Assembly (NCBI GenBank): GCA_021399395.1
Contig: JAAFKJ010000179.1
Coordinates: 1-10,316 of the forward strand
DNA: 10,316 nucleotides
Direction of reading: 5' to 3'
Source of the DNA: Candidatus Heimdallarchaeota archaeon
GTDB taxonomy: Archaea > Asgardarchaeota > Heimdallarchaeia > Heimdallarchaeales > Heimdallarchaeaceae
The translations under genes were made by a program, and so were the position numbers. Below the pieces are notes generated by a model. That model made no database searches and was not told where the DNA came from. It worked only from the letters and a program-made list of their open reading frames with translations. Of this stretch, positions 7,367 through 10,316 are shown piece after piece. Each line of letters opens with the position of its first letter. The stretch's first letter is position 1.

Positions 7367-7510
7367 ATGTCACAATTTGTGATTTATGCTTTCATCAATT
7401 CAGCTGGATATTATGGGCAAAAGAAAGAGTGGGCGTTTGTAATTATGTTTGGGATAATTTTAGTATCATCGATCATTTTGGTGATTCTCAATATAATTCT
7501 CGCAGTTTAA
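7367..7510 (+). CDS. Possible 47-aa small membrane protein (not in the ORF track)
   Basis: ATG 7367 to TAA 7510 encodes MSQFVIYAFINSAGYYGQKKEWAFVIMFGIILVSSIILVILNIILAV. It has an uncharged 26-aa hydrophobic C-terminus and fills an otherwise empty ~300-nt gap on the locally coding strand. Confidence 0.45.
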   Translation: MSQFVIYAFINSAGYYGQKKEWAFVIMFGIILVSSIILVILNIILAV

Positions 7511-7598
7511 GCCAAAAAAACGTTGCAATATCGTTGCAAATATGTCTTTACCGACTTCTTATATCATTTCAAGTTATAGTATTATTGGAGAGAATTCT

Positions 7599-7883
7599 AT
7601 GGGTAAACGGTTCTGTTTCTATTGTCGAGAGTGTGAGATAAAACTTACACTATTTGATGATGTAGGCAAGAATTCGGAAAACCAAATAGCAAATTATTAT
7701 TGCCCTACTTGCGAAAAAATTGTTTATCATAGCAATTGTTTACAGTGCAATAGTCAATTAGACAAAATAGTAAATATCCCTGAGAGTATTTTGAATCAAA
7801 CAAATGAACGCGTTGAAAAAGAAGAATGTCCCAGATGTAATAGTCTTAAAACCATCATGGTTTTTCTAGGCGATTGGGAATAG
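7599..7883 (+). CDS. Small zinc-ribbon protein with four CxxC motifs (94 aa)
   Basis: CREC, CPTC, CLQC and CPRC. ATG 7599 (MGKRFCFY...) has GGAGA at 7587-7591 and is preferred over 7542. Confidence 0.82.
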   Translation: MGKRFCFYCRECEIKLTLFDDVGKNSENQIANYYCPTCEKIVYHSNCLQCNSQLDKIVNIPESILNQTNERVEKEECPRCNSLKTIMVFLGDWE

Positions 7884-7941
7884 ATAAGTATTTTTACTAA
7901 AGATTAATGAACGTTTAACTTCTCTCTTTTCTGTAACTAGG

Positions 7942-8469
7942 ATGAACGTGAACAAGATAGTTGTTATTGGTAATTCTGCTTCAGGTAAATCAGCCCTATC
8001 TATGAAGATAAGTGAACAGTTAGATCTTCCAGTTCATCATTTAGACAAAATTCTTTGGAAAGCAGGATGGGAAAGAACACCAGAGGATGAGTTTAGAAGT
8101 AAACATGATGAAATTTTGAAAAGTGAAAAGTGGATAATAGATGGAGTTGCTTACAAGTCTACTATAGAAGAAAGATTTGCTGCTGCTGACATGGTTGTGT
8201 TTCTAGATACACCAATAGGAATATGTAAAGAGAGAGCTCTTCAGCGTATGCATGAAGATCTTGAACGACCTAACCCTTATGTTTCAGAAGGGTGTCCATA
8301 TCCTTTAGAATTAGTCAAGGAACAGAATGAAACTATTGATAGATATCATCGTGAATATAGAGATGAAATCATTGCACTTGTTACAAAATTTGAACAATCT
8401 AAGAAAGTATTTCAGTTAATCAGTAACCGAGATGTAGAAGAATTTCTTGAAAATACAGCTAAACACTAA
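7942..8469 (+). CDS. Adenylate-kinase-related P-loop protein (FlaR / DNA topology modulation protein-like)
   Basis: KIVVIGNSASGKS Walker A, HHLDKILWKAGWERTP, WIIDG and ADMVVFLD are motifs typical of this family. 175 aa. Confidence 0.87.
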   Translation: MNVNKIVVIGNSASGKSALSMKISEQLDLPVHHLDKILWKAGWERTPEDEFRSKHDEILKSEKWIIDGVAYKSTIEERFAAADMVVFLDTPIGICKERALQRMHEDLERPNPYVSEGCPYPLELVKEQNETIDRYHREYRDEIIALVTKFEQSKKVFQLISNRDVEEFLENTAKH

Positions 8470-9044
8470 GCCATTTGTTCTAGCTTATCCATTGACAGCT
8501 GATTAACTAACCAAGTAAAAGCTTGTACAACTCCTATTCCGGTTAATGCACTACAGTCAAAAACTGCAAAGGTTCGTTCTTTCATATCTAGATGTAAATT
8601 CAATAATTGGATTAACATTGGAGCTTGTATTGCACCAGGGAGATCTTGTTTATTAGCTAAAATCAAAGCTGGAACCTTTTCAAGATGAGGATTATTGATA
8701 AGATGAACCCTCATGATATCTCTGGCTTCCGGTAGTCGCTCAATATCAGCTGAATCTATAACAAATATAACAGCTGAACTTCCTGGATAATGGATATCCC
8801 ACAAAAATCTGAATTGTTCTTGACCAGCTACATCCACAGTTGTGATATCCCACCCTTCAAAATTAATAGTATCAATATTTTGTCCAATTGTAGGAGTTAT
8901 ACCTTCAATAAAACCTCCAGTATTAACGAATTTTGTTAGTGTTGTTTTTCCTGCTGAATCGAGCCCTAAAATAAGTATTTTGGCTCTCTTCTCTGATTTT
9001 AGCTTCTTCATTAACCAGCGAGAAAAATTAGACATGAAACTCAT
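8466..9044 (-). CDS. Arf-family (Arf/Arl/Sar1-related) small GTPase
   Basis: G1 GLDSAGKTT, G2 PTIG, G3 DVAGQ, switch II FRFLW, G4 LANKQD, G5 CSALTG, and an N-terminal amphipathic extension. The stop codon overlaps that of the convergent gene at 8466-8469. Confidence 0.95.
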   Translation of the reverse strand: MSFMSNFSRWLMKKLKSEKRAKILILGLDSAGKTTLTKFVNTGGFIEGITPTIGQNIDTINFEGWDITTVDVAGQEQFRFLWDIHYPGSSAVIFVIDSADIERLPEARDIMRVHLINNPHLEKVPALILANKQDLPGAIQAPMLIQLLNLHLDMKERTFAVFDCSALTGIGVVQAFTWLVNQLSMDKLEQMA

Positions 9045-9249
9045 TTTGTGACTCCGTTGCAGTGTACATTTCTCTGAAACTTGACTTAAGTTCAGTTGAA
9101 CTAATGATATAATTAGTAATGTACTGTTTTTAAAATTACTGATGGTTTGCTTTTATGATGTGTTTTTGTCATACTGGCATAATAGCCACTATAGGTGAGT
9201 GCCTTTTATAGAGGCCTTGGGTATCATTCCTTGTGTGTCAACACAAACT

Positions 9250-10308
9250 CTACTCTATTATCCTATGCATCATATTTTCCAAGGTTCCCTTTCCTTTAAT
9301 CTTCTTTCCTTTCCAAGTCCCTTCAGATTCTAGAACATAGTTTGTTATGTACTGATTCTCTTTTCCAAGAACACCAAGCCAAGATATTTTTGCTGTAGAG
9401 TTAACATTCAATTCTAAGAGATGATTCCCAGCTGCATCCTTTCCTCCAGTTACTCTCCATGATATCGGAACTTTTGTGGGTAAATTTTCATCTTCTGCAT
9501 AACCAGTTTCTTCTATCTTGAAGTCATTAGGTTGAAAATGAAACCATTCATCATCTAAAACCAAAGCTCCTTCTCCAGCTTCAAAGATTCCTTCTTCCTC
9601 TATATCTAAAGAATGATAAAATAGATGAATTGCCCCTTCAGGAAATTGCAAATTTAACCATCGCCAATCATAAATGTGTAAGCTAGAGAATATACCTATT
9701 CCATGCTCAATTATTCCTCGACCATTATTAATTTCGATCTTCTTACCTTCTATAACAATTTCTCCAGTAACTTTGAAAGCAAAGCTATCATAGAATTTCT
9801 GAGCCATGGAAGGACTAATAGCCATTCGGTCATTATAGTAGACTAAGATTCCTTTATCGTTAATTGGAGTATAATTCAATTTTGCAGTAATGCCCAATTT
9901 TTTATCATTAAACTCAAATGAATAACCTTCTGCCCAAGTACCATCTATAAGAAAGTCTAGCTCTGGTTCAGAAACCTCTTGATGATAACGATCTTTAGTC
10001 TTATTGAGCAGGACTCCTTTTGGATAAAATTCATCCCATTTTCTAGTTTCAAGTTTTTCAGAAACAATAAAAGAATCCAAGACAGATAAACGAAGATCAG
10101 GAGCATCAACCCAGAAAAATCTGAAAACAGTATCTATTTTCTCAGAGTCGGTTTTTCCTTCAGAATTAAACATGACATAAATCATGCCTTCCTCCATTGG
10201 ACCTTTATTACCTTCAGATTGTGGATAGAGAGGAGATTCAAGTTTTATATTACTATTAACAAATTTTTCCCCACTTTTTCTATTCGCTCGTTTAAGTTTC
10301 CAAAGCAT
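9250..10308 (-). CDS. AttH/CrtC/tocopherol-cyclase-like lipocalin-type double beta-barrel protein (possibly 5'-truncated)
   Basis: Beta-rich sequence with VTGEIVIEGKKIEINNGRGIIEHG, YDWRWLNLQF, VPISWRV and EGTWKGKKIKGKGTLE. The frame stays open to the window edge (...LG-MLWK), so the start may lie further upstream. Confidence 0.65.
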   Translation of the reverse strand: MLWKLKRANRKSGEKFVNSNIKLESPLYPQSEGNKGPMEEGMIYVMFNSEGKTDSEKIDTVFRFFWVDAPDLRLSVLDSFIVSEKLETRKWDEFYPKGVLLNKTKDRYHQEVSEPELDFLIDGTWAEGYSFEFNDKKLGITAKLNYTPINDKGILVYYNDRMAISPSMAQKFYDSFAFKVTGEIVIEGKKIEINNGRGIIEHGIGIFSSLHIYDWRWLNLQFPEGAIHLFYHSLDIEEEGIFEAGEGALVLDDEWFHFQPNDFKIEETGYAEDENLPTKVPISWRVTGGKDAAGNHLLELNVNSTAKISWLGVLGKENQYITNYVLESEGTWKGKKIKGKGTLENMMHRIIE

Positions 10309-10316
10309 TCCAAGAT

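Noticed and set aside
7357-7641. Tracked 94-aa ORF
   Set aside because: TTG start, no motifs, and it overlaps both the zinc-ribbon gene and the more plausible 47-aa ORF in other frames.
8842-9051. Plus-strand 69-aa ORF
   Set aside because: Antisense shadow of the GTPase N-terminus.
9150-9246. Several tiny hairpins (e.g. TTGTGT-GTCA-ACACAA at 9231-9246) as a tRNA or ncRNA
   Set aside because: Stems are only 3-6 bp, with no cloverleaf or T-loop consensus. This is compatible with chance.

Overview
AT-rich, gene-dense prokaryotic window that most likely comes from an Asgard archaeon. This is inferred from an Arf-family small GTPase with an amphipathic N-terminal helix, archaeal-type TATA boxes about 23 nt before start codons, and oligo-T terminators. 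The + strand carries, in order: a 5'-truncated patatin-like phospholipase; a ~13-TM membrane protein with a C-terminal EEP domain resembling eukaryotic Cwh43/PGAP2IP; an ABC-2-type ATPase and permease; a polytopic membrane protein; a winged-HTH regulator; a cold-shock protein; a possible 47-aa tail-anchored microprotein; a four-CxxC zinc-ribbon protein; and a FlaR/adenylate-kinase-like P-loop protein. The - strand carries the Arf-like GTPase and an AttH/CrtC/tocopherol-cyclase-like beta-barrel protein. The most notable signals are the patatin + Cwh43-like pair (candidate lipid-remodelling module), the atypical Arf GTPase, two palindromic 21-bp operators bracketing the ABC promoter, and an ~84-nt rod-like hairpin after the ABC operon. 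No rRNA, tRNA, CRISPR array or mobile element was recognised. All family calls come from reading motifs by eye, not from database searches.
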